Notes under the pieces: generated by a model
What the model saw: only the letters and a program-made list of their open reading frames with translations
Database searches by the model: none
Told to the model about the DNA's origin: nothing
Translations under genes and position numbers: made by a program
NCBI RefSeq assembly: GCF_036365525.1
Contig: NC_090381.1
Coordinates: 64,070,950-64,134,949, forward strand
Length of the DNA stretch: 64,000 bases
Reading direction: 5' to 3'
Source: Heterodontus francisci
Lineage: Eukaryota
Shown: in pieces, positions 1-11,500 of the stretch
Layout: every line of letters begins with the position of its first letter
Numbering within the stretch: the stretch's first letter is position 1

Positions 1-2
1 CC

Positions 3-130
3 TTGGGAAAAGGAGGAAGGAGGAGGAGGAGGAGGAAGGAGGAGGAGGAGGAGGAAGGGAGGAGGCACCAGGACCCCTTCACTCTAGACAGGCTGTCAGT
101 GAGCAGCTACTCAGACTCCAGTTCCCCTGA
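3..130 (+). pseudogene. C-terminal relic of a PIF/Harbinger (HARBI1-like) transposase
   Basis: A (GGA)n acidic tract is followed by CAG GCT GTC AGT GAG CAG CTA CTC AGA CTC CAG TTC CCC TGA (QAVSEQLLRLQFP*), which resembles the poly-E...R-x-x-LI-x-x-x-F* end of Harbinger transposases. It converges on the Myb/SANT relic at 1395-1601. Confidence 0.45.
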
Positions 131-224
131 AAATTCATCCCCACATCACTGTTGCTCTACAATTCCCCACCTTTCCATCCATCTGCTACGTATTGGTGGT
201 CATCTTCCAAGATTCTATAGACTC

Positions 225-1386
225 TGGAACATTTCCTACAGATTGGAGGGTAGCTAATGTAACCCCACCATTTAAAAAGGGAGGTAGAGAGAAAGCAGAA
301 ATTATAGACCAGTCAGCCTGACGTTGGTAGTGTGGAAAATTCTAGAGTCCATTATCAAAGATTTTATATCAGTGCACTTGGAGGACAGTGGTAGAATCGG
401 GCAGAGTCAGCATGGATTTACGAAAGGGAAATCATGCTTGACAAATCTACTAGAATTCTTCGAGGATGTAACTAGTAAAGTTGAGGGGGAGCCAGTGGAT
501 GTGGTTTATTTGGACTTCCAGAAGGCTTTCGACAAAGTCCCACATAAGAGATTAGCGTGTAAAATTAAAGTGCATGGTGGTAGTGTATTGCGATGGATAG
601 AAAATTGGTTGGTGGACTGGAAAAAAGAGTAGGGATAAATGGGTCTTTTTCTGAATGGCAGGCAGTGACTAGTGGGGTACCGCAGGGATCGGTGCTAGGA
701 TCCCAGCTATTCACAATATGCATTAATGATTTAGATGAGGGAACTAAATATAATATCTCCAAATTTGCATATGACACAAAACTGGGTAGGAGGGGGAGTT
801 CTGAAGAGGATGCAGAGAGGCTTCAGGGTGATTTGGACAGGTTGAGCGAGTGGGCTAATGCATGGCAGATGCAGTATAATGTGGATAAATGTGAGGTTAT
901 CCACTTTGGTAGCAAAAACAGGTAGACAGATTATTATCTGAATGGCTATAAACTGAGAGAGGGGAATATGCAACGAGACCTGGGTGTTCTCGTACACCAG
1001 TCACTGAAGTTAAGCATGCAGGCGCAACAGGTGGTAAAAAAGGCAAATGGTATGTTGGCCTTCATAGCGAGAGGATTCAAATACAGAAGTAGGGATGCCT
1101 TGCTGCAATTATACAGGGCCTTGGTGAGGCCACACCTGGAATATTGTGCAATTTTGGTCTCCTTATCTGAGGAAGGATGTTCTTGCTGTAGAGGGAGTGC
1201 AGCAAAGGTTTCCCAGACTGATTCCTGAGATGGTGGGACTGACGTATGAGGAGAGCTTGAGTCAGTTAGGATTATATTTGCTGGAGTTCAGAAGAGTGAG
1301 GGGGGATCTCATAGAAACCTATAAAATTCTAACAGGACTTGACAGGGTAGATGCAGGAATGATGTTCCTGATGGTGGGGGAGTCCA
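225..1386 (+). mobile_element. CR1 LINE fragment (RT region, frameshifted, truncated at both ends)
   Basis: ORF pieces QHGFTKGKSCLTNLLEFF, YLDFQKAFDKVPH, SGVPQGSVLG, KFAYDTK and LYRALVRPHLEYC. Confidence 0.95.
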
Positions 1387-1394
1387 CCTGTACG

Positions 1395-1601
1395 AGGTCA
1401 CTGCAACCAAGTTCTTGGAGCCAGTCTGAGAATTCACCTCCCTGACCACCTGCTCCCATTCCCTTCACTGGATACTCCTTGAGGTCCTTCTGGCCCCCTG
1501 TGCAAACATGGCCTCTTTCCTCCACTCAACCTCCTGATCTAAGCCCTCCAGTGCTGCAGCTGAGAATCTGGGAGCCTCCTATCTGTGGTCTGTAGCTCCA
1601 T
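1395..1601 (-). pseudogene. Myb/SANT-like (trihelix) ORF relic of a PIF/Harbinger transposon
   Basis: The minus strand reads APRFSAAALEGLDQEVEWRKEAMF...*REWEQVVREVN...PRTWLQ with a stop and frameshifts, matching the Harbinger second-ORF pattern. Confidence 0.6.
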
Positions 1602-1890
1602 TACCAGTCTACTTTCGTGCAGCAAAGTCATCTGAGACAGTTCCATCAGCTGCTATAAACTGCGTATACCTCTCCTTTAAGATGGGGCAGGCTGGCTTTA
1701 AGAAGTGCAGACTAACTGTACATCACATCAGCCACAGCCACAGCCACAAAGTTAGTGTCCTGCCTACCTCAAGCACCGGGCATGAGGTAATCGCACATTG
1801 CGATCCCTGTGTCCGCTGATCGCAGGGAAGAGAAGCAAACTGACTCCTTTCACAAATTGTTAAATGGTGAAAGGACTCATGCATAGTATT

Positions 1891-2530
1891 ACATATAGGA
1901 ACAGAAATGTTCCATTCAGCTCTCAAGTCAGTTTCACTATTCAATTTGATGACTTGTAGCTTAAGTCCATTTACCCACCTGGGTTCCATACATTTACTGA
2001 ACAAAAATCTCTCAATCTCATTATTGAAAATTTCAATTGACAAAGCCTCAATAGCATTTTGGAGTAGAGAATCCCAGATTACCACTATCCTTGGTGTGAA
2101 GATGTGCTTCCAGACATCACTCTTGAACGGACTAACCCTAATTTTAAAATTATGTCTCCTTAATCTGGACTCCCCCACCAGGAGAAATAGTTTCTCCCTG
2201 TTTACCCAATCATATGCTTAAATCATCTTCGAAACTGCAATTAGACCACCCCTTGATCGTCTATACACAAGGGAATGCAAACCTCGTCTATGCAACCTGT
2301 TCTCAAAATTTAACCCCCTAAATCCCAGTATCATTCTGGTGAATCTGTGCTGCAGCCGCTCATAAGCCAATTTATCCTTCCTCGGGTGTGGTGTCCAGAA
2401 CTGAACTCAGTACTCCAGATGCAGTCTAACTGGAGCACTATACAAATGTAGCCTAACTTTGTATTACAGCTCCCTTGAGATGAAGACTAACATTCCATTA
2501 GCATTGAAGTTTATTTGTCACCTGTCCACT
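1891..2530 (-). mobile_element. CR1 LINE 3' fragment
   Basis: Minus ORF GESRLRRHNFKIRVSPFKSDVWKHIFTPRIVVIWDSL plus a HLEY-VQFW motif upstream. Confidence 0.85.
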
Positions 2531-5500
2531 AGTTTTTGGTGTTTATTTACCAGTAGGATTCTATATAGGGCGATTCCATGTAAGAGCTGCTGTTCCATGT
2601 TTGCAGATGGCCTTGGGTATTTGCCTACTGATTCTCCCTCCCTTGATGAGGGAGCTTTGGGCTTTTGCTTTGTGCTTTCTGACAGCACTGTTGAGACTGG
2701 AATAAAGGATGAAATATTGTGGGAAGAGAAGCCTTGTCTTACCATTCACAGCATTTCCACAGAATACTTGTTCTTTTACCATAGAGTAGACCATCCACAC
2801 TAGTGAAATTGTAACTGTACTTCATAGATCTCCTCCACCTGGCAGAAGAGTAGGAGCAGAATTCTGCCCACCATCCGGAAGAAGAATTGATACATGGCAC
2901 AGAAGAATCTAGAAGAAGGGAGAACAAACTTGAAGTAAAGTTATAGCCCAGACTTTCCTGGGGACTTGCAGCCTTGTAATAGGGCATTTATGGCACAGGG
3001 ACCCTTGATTGGCATTGAAAAGACATTTTGGAATAAGTAATTTGAAACATTAGTATTTTCATGTGCATTTGTACCATTCAGCTCTTACCCTCACTGAAAA
3101 CGGTTAGAAGGTAATTGTCAAAGGCTTATTGAAATCAATGATGATCACCATTTCCTGCATTGAAGCCAGATTTCATGCCTTTGCCACGTAGACTTAAGAA
3201 AAATAGAGCCAAAGGCCTGACAACAGCATAATATTGACTTTACATTGCTTTGACGAAATCAGTCTTTTACTTTGAAATGATTTTTACATAACGCTGAAAA
3301 TAATTTTGAGCTCCTAAAGAATTTCCTTACGGAATACAAATGACAATGAACCAAAGACAGAGCAAAGATGTTTCAGCAAATAAAAATAAACATCCATTAA
3401 AATGATGAGTTCCACCAACTAGTGTACGTTTGTCAGTTCTTTTAAAGCTCAAACTAAAACTAGCTTCAGAGAACATTTAATGACCGTTCTGTGGAAGCTT
3501 TTTCAAACATCGGTATTTGAATAAACCTTACAGCTCAAATGAAATGCATAATTGCGCAATGAAAATAAGACCAAATAAATGAATTGCAGCATTTTCAACA
3601 TTTTGACATTCATATGAAGCAAATGAAAATTTTAATGAAAATCAAAATTCAAAGTAGCAGTTCTCGAAGAATGAAGCTGGCGATTAATTCGTTCAACCTA
3701 AAGTGTCAACCTGTAGATTCGGGTTCTGCTTTAATACAATTCAGCATATGTTTTTTTTAAATCAAATCCAACTGTGGAAAAATTAAGATAGCCTAAGATT
3801 GGTTCTTCTCCATAAAACTGAATCCCTTTAATAGCCTTTGGCTGCACCGCTTCTGATTTATCACGATTCTCGCTGTGGCGGATTCAAATCACATGTCCAG
3901 GAAAATTTAGCGTCAATTTGCCACCAGGGTATGGCATTTGTCACCAAAATCATAGATGTGAGAAGATCTGGACCAATAATCATGCAGTGGTGGCAGCAAA
4001 GCATACCCACAAAACTGAATCTCACTGGTGGAGCTGTTACCCCCAAGTTTCTTTCATGGAAAGCTGCTGGAGCGGCATTTTGAAGCAGGAGGGACAAATA
4101 AAATTCAGATTGTCAGTGTTTGTTATCCGGTCTTGCACTGTCATTGTAAATACAGCCATACTCGCTGATCACTGAGCCTTGCAGTCATCATTACCTCATG
4201 CTCACTGTTCTTGTACTAACAGTTGGCGATTTAAACTTTCGGTGGACTGCGGTAGATAGTATAATTGCACCATCCGACTGCTATCAGCAGTGAGAGGCCC
4301 GAGCCGTTTTAATGGCCAGACCTGATTTAAATGGAATTGGCGAGCTGTGAGCACTCACAAGCAACTCATTGATCCATGGGTGGAGTGGGGTTGGGTTGGG
4401 TTGGTTGGAGGGGGAGGGAGGAATCTGGCAGCACTTCTGCAGAGTTGAGCTGGACAATTAGGGGTTAAAGGGGGAGACATTATGGAGAGGAAGAATTTCC
4501 ATACTCTTTCTAGCCACACAAAATTCTTTTTAAAAAAACTTGTCTTTATTGTTTTGTGAGCAGCCTTTAAGGACGGGTGGTGGAGCCACTTTATGGCTAG
4601 TATCAGTGTGTGCAGCCTGCCGATTGGCATCTGACATTATACACATCGTTCCCTAATTTACATCACTTCATCAGGCACCCACCTGAAACAAGCGGGCACT
4701 TTGGCTGCCCAGGATCGTATGGAAACAATGGCAGGCGTAGGAACAAGGTTCAGCACCGTAATTTTCGGAGTGTTGCTGCCCTGTTCTCACCTGGTGGAGA
4801 CAGTAAAATTCTGCCCCACTTTCTCGACAATGAGGGAGCACAAGAAGTTTTATTTCTAATCAATTTCTATAGGGAGAAATTGTTCCCAAAGAATTTCTGC
4901 AAGATTTTGGCAGCGTAAATAACATCTGATATTTCATTGGTATGACGTCAGGACCTCCTGTGTAAATCCCAGTACTCTGACTTGCACTTGTTCTGTTAAA
5001 CTAGTCTATCTGTGCAGCTGTTACATTTCTTCAGAAAGCTCCGCCCTCTGTTTGAAAGGGCCTGTGAATAAACTGGTTTATGCCTGTCACTGCCTTACAA
5101 TTCACGAAGATTGACTGGGCGAGAACTAGTTCTACTCATCCACGTATTACAGGGGAGAACATTTTTGTTCCAAATATCTGTAACCCTTTCAAAAGCAATT
5201 GTACATTTAAGCATAAACAGAAACTACGAGTGCTCTCCACTCTGTATTGTTCGCTATGGGGTCATGCTGATAAATGGAGACACAGTGATCCTAGAGTTTT
5301 TATTGTTTCTTCAGTGTTCCAATGTTTCTGTCAATTTGTCGATTTTAATCTTTCACACCACCTAGTGGAATTTGGAAAAAGATTATTTCAGTTTTAAAAC
5401 TAGAGCCCATCATGCAGTGCTTTCTTTTGAACTTGGAATCCATTGACATGCTGCGTTTTACTTCACGTTATCAGCGACATTACAATACTCTATAGGCAGA

Positions 5501-6799
5501 TTCTAACTCTGAACATTATTTTATATAACAATGTGAATAATGACGATGACTTTCTCCATACCAGACTTTGTAGTGTCAGAGCGATATTACAACTGGGCTG
5601 TCGGATTATCTGCAACAGAGTTAGTTCCTAGTGCTTAATCTATACCTCCCCATTTATGGTCGAAATGCCAGTGCTTTTGTAACTGTGCCTCAATACCCTT
5701 TATCAATCTAAAAAAAAATCTCCCCGAATACCAGCAGTGAAGCTTCACAGTTTCTCTTGCTGTGGAACTCTTTCCCACGCAGTGTGGAGTTAACCTATTG
5801 AAGCAGAATTTCTGAAGCATAGGTTAGGCCATGGGAAGGACAGCGGACTTGACTATAGTTCTCCGATCTGGAATATAAACTTTCACAAATTAGCAAAAAA
5901 AAAGTCTTCCAGCATAGATTTATCATTGTTCTGGTCTCATTAATCACCAGGATCAAATTTGTGAAATATGTGTCCTAAAACAATCATCTTTGTTGGCAAC
6001 TTGCTTAATGCCACTTGATGTGAATAAAAACTAATTATTCTCAAGTTGTGCCTGTACAATGAGGTCAAAGTAAACTAAATTCATTTACAAGACATACTTA
6101 TAAGAAATGTTTCCTGCAATGCTTTTTCATTACAAACAACGCCTTTTAATATTTGCTGTATGAAACAAGTTCCTCTAATAATGCATTCACAGCAAACAAC
6201 TTCACCGCAATGCTAAGCATGATGTGTAAATTGGGTGTGAAAGCTCAAGCTGACTGTGAAGTGAAGTGGAATTAGACTTCCTCTGCAAGGCTGCATTTGC
6301 ACTGTAATTGCAGGGTCAGTGTGAAGTGAAACCACTGAGTACCCATGCTAAAACTGTAGTGTAAATGTTCCCTTAAAGTGTCTAAATAAAATGAAAGTTA
6401 AGCTGTTCAGTTGTGGCTCTCTGTATTGAGTTGTGCATTTTCTGTCATTTTTACATGCAGTTCTTTTAAGTGTTTCCAATTCATATGCATGTTTGTACAG
6501 TGTGAAGACATGAAAAGACATAAACCCATCAGTTGGTTGCCAGGCTTCCTTTGAAATAGTTTCAAAAGTAAATGATTTTATCCAAACTTTCTATTATTTT
6601 CCATGTTGTTGGGAAGATGTTCTGGAAGCATTCTCTATCACATTGAGATTTGAGCAATATCTGTGAATCTAGCAAGCAATGCCAGGAATGCTTATATGGC
6701 ACCTTCTGCCTGAGAAGAGTTCCTCAGGATTTACTGCTTGTTAATCAGGAATATGACAATAAAAGCAACTTATTTATCTTGCAACTTTTAGAAATTAAT

Positions 6800-7130
6800 T
6801 CTCAGGATGTGGCAAGATGGCCATTTAATGCCCATTTCTAGTTGTCCTGAGTTTGATACAACTGAATGGCTGGTTAGGCCACTTCAGAGTCAACCAATTT
6901 AGTGTCAGGTTGAAGTCACACATAGGTCAGACTGGGTAAGGATGACAGGCTTACTTCTGTAAAGATCATTAATGAACCAGTTGGATTTTTGACAGTAATC
7001 CAGCAGCTTCATGGTCACATGCTGATATCAGCTTTTTATTTATAATTTCCTGATTTTTCCATGGTGGGATTTGAACTCACCTTCTCTAGACTATCAGTCC
7101 AGGAACATGACCTTTACACTGGCATACCCC
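6800..7130 (-). mobile_element. Degenerate copy of the tRNA-headed bipartite SINE
   Basis: Same blocks as 7630-8050: agagtcaacca, gtcaca, gaaccag, gggatttgaactc. Confidence 0.7.
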
Positions 7131-7629
7131 AATAATTATTAATAAGATTTCAAATAGTTTAAATTCTATTAAAATGTGCACCTTGCATTAAAAGAGAGCG
7201 ATCCCTATGAAAGACTTTTTATGTTCTTAAATAGAGTTGAAAAGAATGGAAAATAAATTGCATTTCTTCTATCACATCTGGTAACTTCTGTCTGGCTCCC
7301 ATCTGGTGATTGTACTAAACACTTGAGGTTAGGTATGTGTGGATGAACATCAATAATAGGCATTCATGGTATTCCACATACAATGTTGTATTAGCCTCAA
7401 GCTCCATACCACCATCCACTCTTCATCTTCTCCATATTCTGTCCAGCTGGGTAAAGTTCTTGTAATATTATTAAAACTTGTGATAGGCAGCAGCTGGAGC
7501 ACTTTCTCAGCTTTCACTGCCAACTTTTAAGTCCTTGAGCTATATTGTCTCATTTATTGTTGTGATACATAAGGATATTAATCGGTTTCCCTTCCTCTCT
7601 GTAATATTGTAATCTGGACAATTGCAGTG

Positions 7630-8050
7630 TTTTTTTTTATTCTTTCATGGGACATGGGTGTTGCTGGCAAGGTCAGCATTTGTTGTCCATCCTAATTGCC
7701 CTTAAGAACTGAATAGTTTGCAAGGCCATTTCAGAGGACAGTTTAAGAGTCAACCACATTGCTGTGGGTCTGGAGTCACATGTAGGGCAGACCAGATAAG
7801 GACAGCAGATTTCCCTCTCTAAAGGACATTAGTGAACCAGATGGGTTTTTATGACACTCGATGATAGTTTTATGGCACAATTACTGAGACTAGCTTTCAA
7901 TTCCAGATTTTTATTTAATTTATTAATTAATCAAATTAAATTCCACCAGCTGCTGTAGTGGGATTTGAATTTGAGCCCCTGTGCATGGGCATTAGCCTCA
8001 GTCTCTAAATTAAAAGGCTGTGACATGACCACTATGCCACCATCTCCCCT
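7630..8050 (-). mobile_element. tRNA-headed SINE whose body and tail match the 5' UTR and 3' end of the single-ORF LINE at 59740-62945
   Basis: On the minus strand there is an A-box TGGCATAGTGG, a B-box-like TTCAAATCC, a body TTCACTAATGTCCTTTAG...GACTCCAGACCCACAGCAATGTGGTT (cf. 59827-59911), a tail AAGGGCAATTAGGATGG...CCCATGAAAGAATAAAA (cf. 62870-62945), and poly(A). Confidence 0.85.
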
Positions 8051-8234
8051 CAGCTTAAATTATGTAAAGAAAAAGTCAACTTAGACTTAGATCAAGAAAC
8101 TCTTGCCTGTCAGCCCTTCTTGATTTCTTTGAGGAAAAGAAAATAGTTTCTATGTTTGGCATTGGATTCCTGTGGCTTTAGTTAATTACGATAAATTAGA
8201 ACCTTGTAATATCTTTGGACAGGGAATATTAGTG

Positions 8235-8562
8235 GCAGTGAATCATACAAACCAAAAGGTACCAGGTTTGACTTCTGATCTATGCTAAGTTAGCTGATCT
8301 TGATGAGTGCAGCAATTGGAGTGCTATGATTGGATTCATTATGCCAGACTTAGATGAAAAGTCAGCTAGGATTCCTGTCCTAGATGACTGTTTACTGACT
8401 TCTTCTGGAATATTTGCACATGTGAACATTGGATAAAATTGGGATCTCAATGGGCTGTGATTCCATCACTGAACAACTGATCTGCGAGTTCTCATTATCC
8501 AGGCTCACAAATGAAGAATGGTCACTTGGGCAAAGTAGCAGAAGCTGTTGGTGCCCAAAGAT
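8235..8562 (+). mobile_element. Old SINE-like element, 5' part; hosts the 25-bp array, with its tail at 16785-16832
   Basis: Colinear similarity with 18400-18740: ctatgct(a/g)agtta..tgatc, gcacatgtgaa, agg(c/t)tca...aatgg...cttg. Confidence 0.6.
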
Positions 8563-11500
8563 GTGTACCCCAGCGAGAGTAAAAACGGTGTACCCCCACG
8601 AGAGTAAACACGGTGTACCTCCGCTAGAGAAAACACGGTGTACCCCAGCTAGAGTAAACATGGTGTACACCAGCTAGATTGAACACAGTGTACCCCAGCT
8701 AGAAAAACAGTGTACCACCGTTAGAGTAAACATGGAGTACCCCAGCAAGAGTAAACAGGGTGTACCCCCGTGAGAGTAAACACGGGGTACCCCAGCTGCA
8801 GTAAACATGGTGTATCCCAGCTACAGTAAACACGGTGCATCCCAGCGACAGTAAACACAGCGTACCCCAGCCAGAGTAAACATGGTGTATCCCAGCTACA
8901 GTAAACACAGTGTACCCCAGCGAGAGTAAACAGGTTGAACCCCAGCTAGAGTAAACAAGGTGTACCCCAGCTACAATTAACACAGTGTACCCCAGCTAGA
9001 GTAAACATGGTGTACCCCAGCAATAGTAAACACGGGGTATCCCAGCGACAGTAAACACAGTGTACCCCAGCTAGAGTAAACATGGTGTATCCCAGCTACA
9101 GTAAACACAGTGTACCCCAGCTAGAGTAAACATGGTGTATCCCAGCCAGAGTAAACAGATTGTACCCCAGCTAGAGTAAACATGGTGTATCCGAGCGAGA
9201 GTAAACAGATTGTACCCCAGTTAGAGTAAACAAGGTGTACCCCAGCAACAGTAAACACGGTGTATCCCAGCGAGAATAAACACAGTGTACCCCAGTTAGA
9301 GTAAACATGGTGTATCCCAGCTAGAGTAAACACAGTGTACCCCAGTTAGAGGAAACAAGGTGCACCCCAGCTAGAGTAAACACATTGCACCCCAGCTACA
9401 ATAAACACGGTGTACCCTATCTGGAGTAAACACGGTGAACCCCAGCTAGAGTAAACACAGTGTATCCCAGCTAGAGTAAACACAGTGTACCCCAGCTAGA
9501 GTAAACACATTGTACCCAGCTACCATAAACACGGTGTACCCCAGCTCAAGTAAACACATCTAACCCAGCTAGAGGAATCACATTGTACCCCAGCTGCAAT
9601 AAACACGGTGTACCCCAGCTAGAGTAAACACGGTGTACCCCAGCTAGAGTAAACACGGTGTACCCCAGCTAGAGTAAACACAGTGTATCCCAGCTAGAGT
9701 AAACACAGTGTACCCCAGCTAGAGTAAACACATTGCACCCCAGCTACAATAAACACGGTGTACCCCATCTGGAGTAAACACGGTGAACCCCAGCTAGAGT
9801 AAACACAGTGTATCCCAGCTAGAGTAAACACAGTGTACCCCAGCTCGAGTAAACACATTGTACCCCAGCTACAATAAACACGGTGTACCCCAGCTAGAGT
9901 AAACACGGTGTACCACAGCTAGAGTAAACACAGTGTATCCCAGCTAGAGTAAACACAGTGTACCCCAGCTAGAGTAAACACATTGTACCCCAGCTGCAAT
10001 AAGCACGGTGTACCACAGCTCAAGTAAACACATCTAACCCAGCTAGAGGAAACACATTGTACCCCAGCTGCAATAAACACGGTGTACCCCAGCTAGAGTA
10101 AACACGGTGTACCCCAGCGAGAGTAAACGCATTGTACCCCAGCTAGGGGAAACACGCTGTACCCCAGCTTCCGTAAACACGGTGTGCCCCAGCTAGAGTA
10201 AACATATTGTACCCCAGCTAGAGTAAACACATTGTACCCCAGCTAGAGTAAACACGGTGTATCCCAGCTATAGTAAACACGGTGTACCCCAGCTAGAGTA
10301 AACACGATGTATCCCAGCTACAGTAAACACAGTGTACCCCAGCTACAGTAAACACGGTGTACCCCATCTAGAGTAAACGCATTGTACCCCAGCTAGAGTA
10401 AACACATTGTACCCCAGCCAGAGTAAGCAATTTGTACCCCAGCTAGAGTAAACATGGTGTACCCCAGCTACAGTCAACACGGTGTACCCCAGCTAGAGTA
10501 AACATATTGTACCCCAGCTCAAGTAAACACATTGTACCCCAGCTAGAGTCAACACAGTGTATCCCAACTACAGTAAACACATTGTACCCCAGCTACAATA
10601 GACACATTGTACCCCAGCTACAATAAACCCAGTGTACCCCAGCTAGAGTAAACACATTGTACCCCAGCTAGAGTCAACACAGTGTATCCCAGCTACAGTA
10701 AACACGGTGTACGCCAGTGAGAGTATGCACGGTGTATCCCAGCCAGAGTAAACAGATTGTACCCCAGCTAGAGTAAACATGGTGTATCCGAGCGAGAGTA
10801 AACAGATTGTACCCCAGTTAGAGTAAACAAGGTGTACCCCAGCAACAGTAAACACGGTGTATCCCAGCGAGAATAAACACAGTGTACCCCAGTTAGAGTA
10901 AACATGGTGTATCCCAGCTAGAGTAAACACAGTGTACCCCAGTTAGAGGAAACAAGGTGCACCCCAGCTAGAGTAAACACATTGCACCCCAGCTACAATA
11001 AACACGGTGTACCCCAGCTAGAGTAAACACAGTGTATCCCGGCTAGAGTAAACACAGTGTACCCCAGCTTGAGTAAACACATTGTACCCAGCTTCCATAA
11101 ACACGGTGTACCCCAGCTAGAGTAAACACAGTGTATCCCAGCTAGAGTAAACACAGTGTACCCCAGCTAGAGTAAACACATTGTACCCCAGCTGCAATAA
11201 GCACGGTGTACCCCAGCTCAAGTAAACACATCTAACCCAGCTAGAGGAATCACATTGTACCCCAGCTGCAATAAACACGGTGTACCCCAGCTAGAGTAAA
11301 CACAGTGTATCCCGGCTAGAGTAAACACAGTGTACCCCAGCTTGAGTAAACACATTGTACCCAGCTTCCATAAACACGGTGTACCCCAGCTAGAGTAAAC
11401 ACAGTGTATCCCAGCTAGAGTAAACACAGTGTACCCCAGCTAGAGTAAACACATTGTACCCCAGCTGCAATAAGCACGGTGTACCCCAGCTCAAGTAAAC

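Noticed and set aside
2459-2987. Overlapping ORFs in unique-looking sequence, possibly an exon or pseudogene
   Set aside because: No recognisable protein family or convincing splice pair. A BLASTx would be needed to reconsider.
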